Assembly (NCBI GenBank): GCA_041651455.1
Contig: JBAZJG010000004.1
Span: 72,848 to 136,847 of the forward strand
Origin: Candidatus Omnitrophota bacterium
GTDB taxonomy: Bacteria; Omnitrophota; Gorgyraeia; Pluralincolimonadales; Pluralincolimonadaceae
Direction: 5' to 3'
DNA: 64,000 nucleotides
The translations under genes were made by a program, and so were the position numbers. The first letter of the stretch is position 1; every line of letters begins with the position of its first letter. The notes beneath the pieces were generated by a model. It had not been told where the DNA came from, did not search any database, and was given only the letters and a program-made list of their open reading frames with translations. Shown piece after piece: positions 56,623 through 64,000 of the stretch.

Positions 56623-57027
56623 TTATCTTATCTTTACTTGCCCGCCTTTATACAGGTAGACACCTCCGGTGCCGTGGTTAGGGCATGTCACTATAACTAT
56701 CGTAGAGGCCGTGGTTGCGCTAGGCGCCGATGTATAGCTATAAGCCGCCGAGTTGCTCGGACATGAGAAAACCTGCGTATCGTCTATATACGTAGGCGCC
56801 GTTGTCAAAGCATTCTGGAGTGTGGCTGCCACCGGATATTTTTCGTTATTATCCGCGGTATACATCATAAGTGCAGACCCTATCTGCTTCAGGTTGTTCG
56901 CGCATGTAGTCTTCCTGGCCTGTTCCCTAGCCCTGCCGAGCGCCGGCATAAGTAAACCAGCTAGTATAATTATGATTGCCATAACGACCAACAGCTCGAT
57001 AAGGGTGAAACCTTTTGCTTTGCGCAT
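56623..57027 (-). CDS. type II secretion pseudopilin / type IV pilin-like protein (copy 1)
   Basis: [26 protein letters not shown] has the prepilin peptidase site G|FTLIE. 134 aa. Near-identical to the upstream copy. Confidence 0.75.
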   Translation of the reverse strand: MRKAKGFTLIELLVVMAIIIILAGLLMPALGRAREQARKTTCANNLKQIGSALMMYTADNNEKYPVAATLQNALTTAPTYIDDTQVFSCPSNSAAYSYTSAPSATTASTIVIVTCPNHGTGGVYLYKGGQVKIR

Positions 57028-57062
57028 CTTATTTCACCTCCTTTCTTATGAATTTTAAATAC

Positions 57063-57467
57063 CTATCTGATCCTTACATGCCCGCCTTTATACAGGTAGA
57101 CACCTCCGGTGCCGTGGTTAGGGCATGTCACTATAACTATCGTAGAGGCCGTGGTTGCGCTAGGCGCCGATGTATAGCTATAAGCCGCCGAGTTGCTCGG
57201 ACATGAGAAAACCTGCGTATCGTCTATATACGTAGGCGCCGTTGTCAAAGCATTCTGGAGTGTGGCTGCCACCGGATATTTTTCGTTATTATCCGCGGTA
57301 TACATCATAAGTGCAGACCCTATCTGCTTCAGGTTGTTCGCGCATGTAGTCTTCCTGGCCTGTTCCCTAGCCCTGCCGAGCGCCGGCATAAGTAAACCAG
57401 CTAGTATAATTATGATTGCCATAACGACCAACAGCTCGATAAGGGTGAAACCTTTTGCTTTGCGCAT
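57063..57467 (-). CDS. type II secretion pseudopilin / type IV pilin-like protein (copy 2)
   Basis: Same as copy 1 except the last residues (GGHVRIR vs GGQVKIR). Confidence 0.75.
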   Translation of the reverse strand: MRKAKGFTLIELLVVMAIIIILAGLLMPALGRAREQARKTTCANNLKQIGSALMMYTADNNEKYPVAATLQNALTTAPTYIDDTQVFSCPSNSAAYSYTSAPSATTASTIVIVTCPNHGTGGVYLYKGGHVRIR

Positions 57468-57512
57468 CTCTCCTCCTTTTTGGTTGTATACACCTATCCC
57501 TATTAAAGGATA

Positions 57513-58136
57513 CTATCCGTTCTCTGCCTTGTCAAGGACAAATCTAGCCATCCTGTCTTTTTTTGAAAACATGCCTTCAGGCTCTCCCGCGCTTTTAAGG
57601 CATTTTATGCGGATCTTCCTGTCCCCGAACGGGCCGGTCTCGCCCTTCATCCCGATCGCGAACATGAGGTCGGCTTTTTTCGCTTTCAGTTTCGCAATCG
57701 CATTTTTTACGGTATTTTCCGTTTCAAGCGCAAATCCTATTACCTTCCGCTTGCCCTTATTCCTGCCGGCCCAGGAGAGTATATCCGGGTTGAGCCGCAT
57801 CCTTATATTCAGCGCCCTGCCGTGTTTTTTTATCTTGGACTTGCTGAACCGCTCGGGCCTGTAATCGGCGACGGCGGCGGTCATGATAAGGCAGTCTGCC
57901 TTGAAAAAATTCCTTTTGACGGCCTTTTCCATCTCGAGAGCCGAGACCACTGGAATGAATTCAACGCCCGCAGGAGGCTCCATCGCTACCGGGCCGCTGA
58001 CGAGCACTACTTTATGCCCGCGCCTGACGGCTTCCGCGGCTATACTGTACCCGAAATAGCCCGTCGAGGAATTTGATATATAACGGATCGGGTCGAGGAA
58101 TTCTCTGGTAGGGCCGGCGGTTATGAGGATCCGCAT
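57513..58136 (-). CDS. coaB: phosphopantothenate--cysteine ligase
   Basis: MRILITAGPTREFLDPIRYISNSSTGYFG. Start codon separated by 1 nt from the coaC stop (TGAgATG). Confidence 0.85.
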   Translation of the reverse strand: MRILITAGPTREFLDPIRYISNSSTGYFGYSIAAEAVRRGHKVVLVSGPVAMEPPAGVEFIPVVSALEMEKAVKRNFFKADCLIMTAAVADYRPERFSKSKIKKHGRALNIRMRLNPDILSWAGRNKGKRKVIGFALETENTVKNAIAKLKAKKADLMFAIGMKGETGPFGDRKIRIKCLKSAGEPEGMFSKKDRMARFVLDKAENG

Positions 58137-58137
58137 C

Positions 58138-58680
58138 TCAACCCTTAAGGGATCTTTTTACTTCTGATATTATCGTATCCAGGCCGGCTATATGCCCGAC
58201 GCCTTCGTGTCCGCATGCAAGCGGGCCTTTTACCGGCCCAATCATCTTTATCCCGCGCTTCTTAAGCTTGCCGATATTCTCCTGTACCGCGGGATTCGCG
58301 TACATCTTCTCGTTCATGGCCGGCGCGATAAGGACTTTCGCCGACGATGCCATGACTACGCAGGTAAGCAGGTCGTCGCATATGCCGTTCGCGAGTTTGC
58401 CTATGATGTTAGCGCATGCAGGCGCTATAAGGATGAGGCCGGCTTTGTCCGCAAGCGATGTGTGGACGGGGTTCCATTCGGAAGGCGCTTCGAACATCTC
58501 GGAATACACCTTGTTATGCGAAAGGGTCTGGAATGTCAGGGGCGAAATGAACTCCTTCGCCTCTTTCGTCATTATGACAGTGACGTTAAATCCCGCCTTC
58601 CTAAGGCAGTTCACGATATCGCAAGCCCTGTAAGCGGCTATCGATCCGGTAACGCCGAGGACGACCTCTTTCTTTGCCAT
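58138..58680 (-). CDS. coaC: phosphopantothenoylcysteine decarboxylase (flavoprotein)
   Basis: VLGVTGSIAAYRACDIV ... PAMN flavoprotein motifs. Confidence 0.85.
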   Translation of the reverse strand: MAKKEVVLGVTGSIAAYRACDIVNCLRKAGFNVTVIMTKEAKEFISPLTFQTLSHNKVYSEMFEAPSEWNPVHTSLADKAGLILIAPACANIIGKLANGICDDLLTCVVMASSAKVLIAPAMNEKMYANPAVQENIGKLKKRGIKMIGPVKGPLACGHEGVGHIAGLDTIISEVKRSLKG

Positions 58681-58887
58681 TTATTTTTTCTTTTCCTTCA
58701 TGCTGATCTTTCCGGCCTTGATCTCCTCGAGGGCGACCGTAGAGACCTTCTTGCTCTCGGTCTCAACGAGCTTCGGGCTTCCCTCGTTCAGTTCGAGGGC
58801 GCGCTTCGAGGCAAGTATCACAAGCTTGTAGATCGAATTCGTCTTATCAAGAAGTTCTTCGGCCGATACGGGGGTCTTGCCTTTCAC
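58681..58887 (-). CDS. rpoZ: DNA-directed RNA polymerase subunit omega
   Basis: 68 aa with YKLVILASKRALEL. In the conserved gmk-rpoZ pair. Confidence 0.85.
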   Translation of the reverse strand: MKGKTPVSAEELLDKTNSIYKLVILASKRALELNEGSPKLVETESKKVSTVALEEIKAGKISMKEKKK

Positions 58888-58891
58888 TTAT

Positions 58892-59467
58892 TCACCTCAC
58901 TCTAAGCCTTTCGGCAATTATTATCGATTTTAGTTTTGCGACGGCTTCCGCGAAATCGTCGTTTACAACAGCATAGTCGTATTTCTTGAGGTTCGCAATA
59001 TCTTTCTTTGCGCAGCTCAGCCTCTTTTTTATCTCTGAGGACTTGTCCGTAGACCTCCCTATAAGCCTCTTCCTGAGGGCCCCGATCGACGGCGGAAGAA
59101 GGTATATAAGCGTGGAAGTCCCGAACTTTTTCTTTATGAAGAACGCCCCCCTGACATCAAGGCTCAATATGACATCCCTGCCACTGTCGACGCCGGCAAG
59201 TATGCCCTTCTTTGAGGTAGCGTAATATTTCCCGTACGGCTTCGACCATTCAAGGAAGTCGCCGCTTTTTTGCCTGCGCGCGAATTCCTTTTCCGAAACG
59301 AAATGATAATCCCTGCCGTTTTTTTCTCCGGCCCTCGGTTTTCTCGTCGTGAAAGAAGCGGGATGCACAAGGCCCCTGTCTTTCTTCAGGAGAGCCCTTA
59401 CGAGCGAGGTCTTGCCGCACCCGGACGGAGCCGAAACCACGAATATGCGGCCCTTTGATCGCGCCAT
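58892..59467 (-). CDS. gmk: guanylate kinase
   Basis: P-loop SAPSGCGKTSL, TTRKPRAGE and GKYYATS motifs. Confidence 0.9.
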   Translation of the reverse strand: MARSKGRIFVVSAPSGCGKTSLVRALLKKDRGLVHPASFTTRKPRAGEKNGRDYHFVSEKEFARRQKSGDFLEWSKPYGKYYATSKKGILAGVDSGRDVILSLDVRGAFFIKKKFGTSTLIYLLPPSIGALRKRLIGRSTDKSSEIKKRLSCAKKDIANLKKYDYAVVNDDFAEAVAKLKSIIIAERLRVR

Positions 59468-59469
59468 CG

Positions 59470-60351
59470 CTACTCCACGTTCTGTATCTGTTCGCGTATC
59501 TTTTCGACTTCGCCCTTTATGGATATCGCAAGCTGGGCGATCTTGTAATCGCTTGTCTTCTGTCCGACCGTATTTATCTCCCTGTGCAGCTCCTGCGAGA
59601 TAAAATCGAGTTTTCTGCCGACCTCGTCCTGCCGGGTTATCGTCTCTCCGAAACTTTTCAGGTGCGCCTTCAGCCTCGTGAGTTCTTCGGATATATCGGA
59701 GCTTTTGGCAAACAGGGCGACTTCGAGCTCTATCCTTCCCTTGTCGAGGTTTATCTTGCCGGAGGACAGTTCTTTGATCTTCCTTAACAGGTGGAGCCGG
59801 TATTCCTTCAGCGCCAGTTTCGAGCGTTTTTCTATAGCCGTCAGGCTTCTAAGTATCGCTTTCCTCCTGCCCGCTATATCCGCTATAAGCCTCGCGCCTT
59901 CCTTCTCCCTCATATCTATGAGCCCGTCGATCGCCCGACTCAGGGCGGACTTTATGCACGGCCACATCTCCGCTTCCTTCCTCGGGCTTTCCTCCACATA
60001 GATGACACCGGGGAAAGCGATTATCTGCGAGAAGTTTATATCATCGGTAAGACGGAGCGACCTCCTGAGGTCGGCCAAAAGGCCTTTGTATTTTTTCGCG
60101 AGGGGCTTGTTTATTACCAGCTTCGGGTCGGATCTTGCGGGATTTTCGTAGGTCAGGGAGAGGTTTACTTTGCCGCGTTTCACTTTCTTTGCCACTTCCG
60201 CCCTTATCTTGTCCTCGAATATGTTGAGGTTCTCGGGCAGCCTGCTGGATATCTCAAAAAACCGGTGGTTGACCGTCCTTATCTCCACCTGGATCTTTCC
60301 GTGCGCTGCGGATGCGTCTGCGCGCCCGAATCCCGTCATGCTCCTTACCAA
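59470..60351 (-). CDS. yicC: YicC-family stress-induced protein
   Basis: MTGFGRA start plus C-terminal DUF1732-like region. Conserved yicC-gmk-rpoZ order. Confidence 0.8.
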   Translation of the reverse strand: MVRSMTGFGRADASAAHGKIQVEIRTVNHRFFEISSRLPENLNIFEDKIRAEVAKKVKRGKVNLSLTYENPARSDPKLVINKPLAKKYKGLLADLRRSLRLTDDINFSQIIAFPGVIYVEESPRKEAEMWPCIKSALSRAIDGLIDMREKEGARLIADIAGRRKAILRSLTAIEKRSKLALKEYRLHLLRKIKELSSGKINLDKGRIELEVALFAKSSDISEELTRLKAHLKSFGETITRQDEVGRKLDFISQELHREINTVGQKTSDYKIAQLAISIKGEVEKIREQIQNVE

Positions 60352-60366
60352 TTTAGACTCCGCTAT

Positions 60367-60870
60367 TTATCCCCAGACCCGCTTCGTGACGTTGGATAAA
60401 GTCACGAATTTGGTTGGATACAGGTCTACTATTATTTCGTCCGGCTCAAACCAGAGCTTGATCTCCCTCTCGGCCTCCGATTCGTTCGATGAGGCATGGA
60501 TGACGTTCTCGTAAAGGCCTTTCGTCGTTATGCGGCCGTATGAACCGCGTATCGTGGTCGGGTCGGCCTCTTCCGGGTTCGTCGATCCTGCGAGCTTCCT
60601 CACCTTGTCTATCGCTCCGTCCCCCCAGTAGACCATCGCCATTACTTTGCGCCGCTCGTGCAGTTCCCCTTGCAGGTATTTTATGAGCTCGTCGAAGAAG
60701 GGCTTGTCCTTCATGTGCTTGTAATGTTCCGCGGCAAGCTCCTTGCTCACGCGGATGATCTTAGCGGCCACTATCTCAAGCTTGGATTCGGAAAGGCGGG
60801 TCAATATGTTGCCCGTAAGGGATTTCTTCAGTCCGTCCGGTTTTATTACAACTAGCGTCTTCTGGTCCAT
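60367..60870 (-). CDS. ndk: nucleoside-diphosphate kinase
   Basis: KTLVVIKPDGL..., active-site region NVIHASSNESEAEREIKLWF, with an extended C-terminus. Confidence 0.85.
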   Translation of the reverse strand: MDQKTLVVIKPDGLKKSLTGNILTRLSESKLEIVAAKIIRVSKELAAEHYKHMKDKPFFDELIKYLQGELHERRKVMAMVYWGDGAIDKVRKLAGSTNPEEADPTTIRGSYGRITTKGLYENVIHASSNESEAEREIKLWFEPDEIIVDLYPTKFVTLSNVTKRVWG

Positions 60871-60917
60871 ATGGGGGTTTCCTTATTTGTTTAACCCTAA
60901 ATTCTATTATAACTTGG

Positions 60918-62792
60918 CTACTTTGTCAACAGTTCCTTCGCCCGGTCGGAGAAGTACTTCGCCTGTTCATGCGCCCCCATCCTCGAACACAGTTCGGAGA
61001 CGCGCGTATATATCTCGGGAACGTCCGGGGCTATCTGGAGCGCCACCTTATATTCTTCAAGCGCCGCCACGAGGTCGCCTTTTCTCGCGTATATGCCTCC
61101 GAGGTTCACCCTTGAATCGAGCAGGTACGGGTAGATCGCAATGGCTTTCCTGTAGGCCTCCCCGGCTTCGCGGTCCATCTTTTCGGCGAGGTAGGCGTTG
61201 CCGAGGCTGTTCCAGTACGCGGCATTGCCCGGGGCTATCTCAAGGGCTCTTTTGAACATCGATACGGAATCCTTGTACTTGCCTTTCCTGTAATATATAT
61301 CGCCGAGGTTTGCGTAGGTCACCGGCACGAGCGGATCGGCCGCTATCGCCTTCTTGTAAGCATCGAACGCCTCGTCCTCCCTTCCCTGGTAATAATACAT
61401 TGCCGCGAGGTTCAGCAGGTGGTAGACGGTATTCTTCCCGTCCGGCTCAATCCTCAACGATTCCATGTATTCGTTCTCGGCTTTTTCGAAAAGCCCGCGG
61501 TTGAAATACTCTATCCCGAGGTTGGTATGCAGCCTGGTACTTTCCGGGGAATAGGCCAGCGTATATTTGTAGAAAGCTACGGGATCCCTCCAGATTAGGT
61601 TCTGTCTTATCGTCAGCACCGACAGCATAAGGACAAGGACCACGATGAAGGCCTTAACGCATAACTTTATCGACTTGAATTGCGTGATGCGGTCCAATAG
61701 CACCGAAACGGCGATGAAAAAACCTATGGACGGAAAATAAAGCCAGTGTTCCGCGACAAACGCGTTTATCGGTATTATATTAATGAAAGGCAGGAGCCCG
61801 ATCGCGAACCATACGGCCCCGAATAAAAACAGTTTCGGCCTTTTATGCCAGAGGGCGAGCGCAAGGACTGACGATATGAGGAATACCGAAGGGGCTAGGA
61901 ACCGCGGGTCCTTTGCGGACACAACTACGTTATAAAGGAAATCCATCCTCTCCATGTGCAGGCCTGCCGGCACTACCAGGATCTTGATATATTCAGCGAT
62001 CACGGCGGGCGCGGTAAGTATCCTGTAGGGCAAAGGGATAGTGCTTATGTACGAGCCGGCGTCGCTTATGCCTGCAAGTGCCATATGCCTTATACATAGG
62101 AAGATCGCTATCACGGCTAAAAACGGTATATAGGGGATACCCTTGGAAAAGCGGGATTTATCTTCAGCGAAGCATGCCGAATACAGGGCAAAAAAAGCCG
62201 GCAGGACCAGGGCGGATTCTTTCGTGAAGACCGCTATCGCGAAAAAAACCACGGATACGGCATAAAAGGCCGTCTTCCTTACGCCTTCCTGCCCGGTGAA
62301 CTTTATGAAACACAACAGCGAGAGCAGGCTGAAGAACGCCGCGAGCGGGTCACCCCGCCCTGATATATATGTCACCGCTTCGGTATGCACCGGATGAACC
62401 GCGAATAACAGCGCCGCCAGGAAAGAGACGGTCCTCTTCTTTGACAGCAGCCACACGAGGCAATAGACAAGCAGAGCGTTGCTCAGGTGCAGGAAGAGGT
62501 TGGCCAAGTGGTAACCGAAAGGTTCGAGGCCCCAATAGCGGTAATCAAGCGCGAAGGACGCCATCAGCACCGGCCTGTAAAAGTTCCCGGTTATGTCCTG
62601 GTGGTAGCTCCCCTCTAAAAAGAGCCTCGGGATATAACCAAGGTCGCCGATATGGAAGTTCCTGACTATCAGCGCTATATCGTCCCATATGAACGGGTTC
62701 AGCAGCGAATTTACGTATGATATCGAACCGGCGACAAGTATTAAGGCGGTTGCCAGCACAACGGCGGCGGAATTATTAGCGTTCTTGCTCAT
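60918..62792 (-). CDS. polytopic membrane protein (GT-C/PMT-like N-terminal domain) with C-terminal TPR repeats
   Basis: About ten TM helices followed by five to six TPR repeats (AYWNSLGNAYLAEKMDREAGEAYRKAIAIYP etc.). Confidence 0.5.
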   Translation of the reverse strand: MSKNANNSAAVVLATALILVAGSISYVNSLLNPFIWDDIALIVRNFHIGDLGYIPRLFLEGSYHQDITGNFYRPVLMASFALDYRYWGLEPFGYHLANLFLHLSNALLVYCLVWLLSKKRTVSFLAALLFAVHPVHTEAVTYISGRGDPLAAFFSLLSLLCFIKFTGQEGVRKTAFYAVSVVFFAIAVFTKESALVLPAFFALYSACFAEDKSRFSKGIPYIPFLAVIAIFLCIRHMALAGISDAGSYISTIPLPYRILTAPAVIAEYIKILVVPAGLHMERMDFLYNVVVSAKDPRFLAPSVFLISSVLALALWHKRPKLFLFGAVWFAIGLLPFINIIPINAFVAEHWLYFPSIGFFIAVSVLLDRITQFKSIKLCVKAFIVVLVLMLSVLTIRQNLIWRDPVAFYKYTLAYSPESTRLHTNLGIEYFNRGLFEKAENEYMESLRIEPDGKNTVYHLLNLAAMYYYQGREDEAFDAYKKAIAADPLVPVTYANLGDIYYRKGKYKDSVSMFKRALEIAPGNAAYWNSLGNAYLAEKMDREAGEAYRKAIAIYPYLLDSRVNLGGIYARKGDLVAALEEYKVALQIAPDVPEIYTRVSELCSRMGAHEQAKYFSDRAKELLTK

Positions 62793-62795
62793 GGG

Positions 62796-64000
62796 TCAGA
62801 AGCTCACCGGACCCAGCAGGAGCCCGTACCTGTCGTTAATGTCTGCGTTCCCCGCATTTTCCATAATAAGGGCCCTCATGCTGTCGCTAAGGAAAAGCGT
62901 CATCCTTATGTCGTATTCACCGCGCTGAGCGGCTTTTGCGGGTATGAACATCCTGAAATCATCCGTTATGACTTCACCTTTTTTCCACCGGCTCATCGGA
63001 TATATGCCGTAACATACCGGCTTTACGGTGCTGAAAACTTCCTTCCCGTTCTTATCCATGACCTGAAAAAGATAACTGACGCTGTCCTTTATAGGATCGA
63101 GGCATCTCCAGCTTACGCTTATCTCCACGAACCGCCCTTCTTTGTTGATAGCGGACCTCTCAAGCACGACATTGCCACCTATCCTGGCCAACGGCACGGC
63201 GACGCTGCTGCCATCCGCGTCCTGGCGAAACAGTGTCTTCCCGGGTAGGTTCCCCTTCCTGAACAATACGACGGTATCGAACGAGTCGACCGCGCCGAGT
63301 TCCCCTTCCTCAAGAAACTTCCTGACCCTAAGGTCGGAATCCCTGTCGGAGAATAGGACCACCGTAAACGGGTCGAGGAAATCTATAAGTGCGTACTCGA
63401 CGCCCTTAGGGACCTTATATCCGGGATACGGCATCCTGCCCTTGCCACGGGTCAGGTAGTGGAAAGAATAGAGATGCCGCCTGTTGGCGATATGCGGCGT
63501 AAACCTGAATGTCGTTATGACGGAGGCGTCTGCGGGGATCCTTTTTACATACTCCGTCATCATGCCGCTGAAATCGCGCTGCGCCAGCATGTGCCAGTAA
63601 TCTTTCCAGACGGACAGCGGGCCGAACAGCACGTTCGATATTAAAGGCGCCGCTACGATAAAAGCGGCGAAGAAAGCGCCGAATCTTTTCGAGGATAACC
63701 TGCTTTTCGCCAGATATTTTGAAATGCCGTACGCGAACGACACATACAGGAAAGGCAGCAGGGTGACCGAATAATACGATTTTATCGTGTGTTCGAGCGG
63801 CTTGAGGGACGTGAGGTGCTGGAAAAGCGTGAGCAGGCAAATCGAGAACTCCTTTATCGCAAGCAACGGGAAAAACGCGACGGGAAGCAGCGTTTCCATC
63901 ATGAAGATCGCGTTCACTTCCGTAAACAGGGTTTTTGACGCGATAAGCGGGTTAGATACGAGGTTCCTTGCGATCTCCGCGAACGACCCTCCCATGTAGG
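62796..64000 (-). CDS. large membrane-associated protein, N-terminus outside the window (partial)
   Basis: The ORF runs to the window edge. TM segments alternate with a soluble domain. Function unknown. Confidence 0.4.
   Translation of the reverse strand, partial: YMGGSFAEIARNLVSNPLIASKTLFTEVNAIFMMETLLPVAFFPLLAIKEFSICLLTLFQHLTSLKPLEHTIKSYYSVTLLPFLYVSFAYGISKYLAKSRLSSKRFGAFFAAFIVAAPLISNVLFGPLSVWKDYWHMLAQRDFSGMMTEYVKRIPADASVITTFRFTPHIANRRHLYSFHYLTRGKGRMPYPGYKVPKGVEYALIDFLDPFTVVLFSDRDSDLRVRKFLEEGELGAVDSFDTVVLFRKGNLPGKTLFRQDADGSSVAVPLARIGGNVVLERSAINKEGRFVEISVSWRCLDPIKDSVSYLFQVMDKNGKEVFSTVKPVCYGIYPMSRWKKGEVITDDFRMFIPAKAAQRGEYDIRMTLFLSDSMRALIMENAGNADINDRYGLLLGPVSF

Larger units (their letters stand above)
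56623..57480 (-). repeat. tandem direct duplication (~440 bp unit, ~99% identical) covering the two pilin genes and their leaders
   Basis: Sequence 56641-57029 is repeated at 57081-57469 base for base. Divergence is limited to the 3' ends. Confidence 0.8.

Noticed and set aside
56623-57480. Interpreting the duplicated pilin as a phase-variation invertible element.
   Set aside because: The repeats are direct, not inverted, and no recombinase gene is adjacent. It was kept as a duplication or assembly question instead.
60918-62792. Calling the TPR membrane protein an O-GlcNAc transferase or a protein O-mannosyltransferase.
   Set aside because: Only the architecture (polytopic N-terminus plus TPR) supports this. 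No DE or other catalytic motif could be verified by eye.
1-64000. CRISPR arrays, IS elements/transposases, integrases, phage genes, toxin-antitoxin or restriction-modification defence modules.
   Set aside because: No array-like direct repeats with spacers were seen. No transposase, integrase, recombinase or nuclease-defence motifs were found in any frame. The only sizeable repeat is the pilin tandem duplication.

Overview
This is a high-GC (~57-58%) bacterial chromosomal segment. Every credible gene except the first (the 3' end of an RND efflux permease) lies on the minus strand. Many plus-strand ORFs in the track are antisense shadows of real genes.

Layout:
- 1-24.5 kb: core housekeeping genes. 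These are gltX, a four-subunit 2-oxoacid:ferredoxin oxidoreductase coupled to dxs, ispA, xseB, xseA, a ymdB-rny pair, 5-FCL, ccdA, a ThiI-like PP-loop enzyme, rarA, pheT, pheS, rplT, rpmI, infC and thrS, plus tRNA-Gln and tRNA-Val.
- 24.6-35.7 kb: an accessory cluster encoding six PEP-CTERM-anchored proteins with CBM4/9-like domains, three secreted CBM-like or glycosidase-like (lipo)proteins and a LacI-family regulator. Each transcription unit has a near-consensus sigma70 promoter with an AT-rich upstream box, and most carry a pair of LacI-type palindromic operator repeats in the 5'UTR.
- 35.8-39.5 kb: an operon running PilZ, membrane protein, TPR lipoprotein, exosortase, EpsI.
- 39.5-56.3 kb: an exopolysaccharide locus. 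It holds an AraC regulator, a WecA-like initiating transferase, GT1/GT2/GT9 glycosyltransferases, a Wzy-like polymerase, a BY-kinase, a Wzz/GumC-like chain-length protein, a secretin and a REC-GAF-GAF-GGDEF cyclase. It includes a ~7.5 kb low-GC island.
- 56.3-64 kb: tRNA-Leu, tRNA-Cys, two tandem nearly identical pseudopilin genes, split coaC/coaB, rpoZ, gmk, yicC, ndk and two large membrane proteins, the last cut by the window edge.

The most interesting signal is the exosortase/PEP-CTERM lectin-like surface system, with its repeated promoter plus dual-operator 5'UTR architecture and the associated secretin, pseudopilins and c-di-GMP genes. All calls come from reading the sequence and the ORF track; no database search was run.
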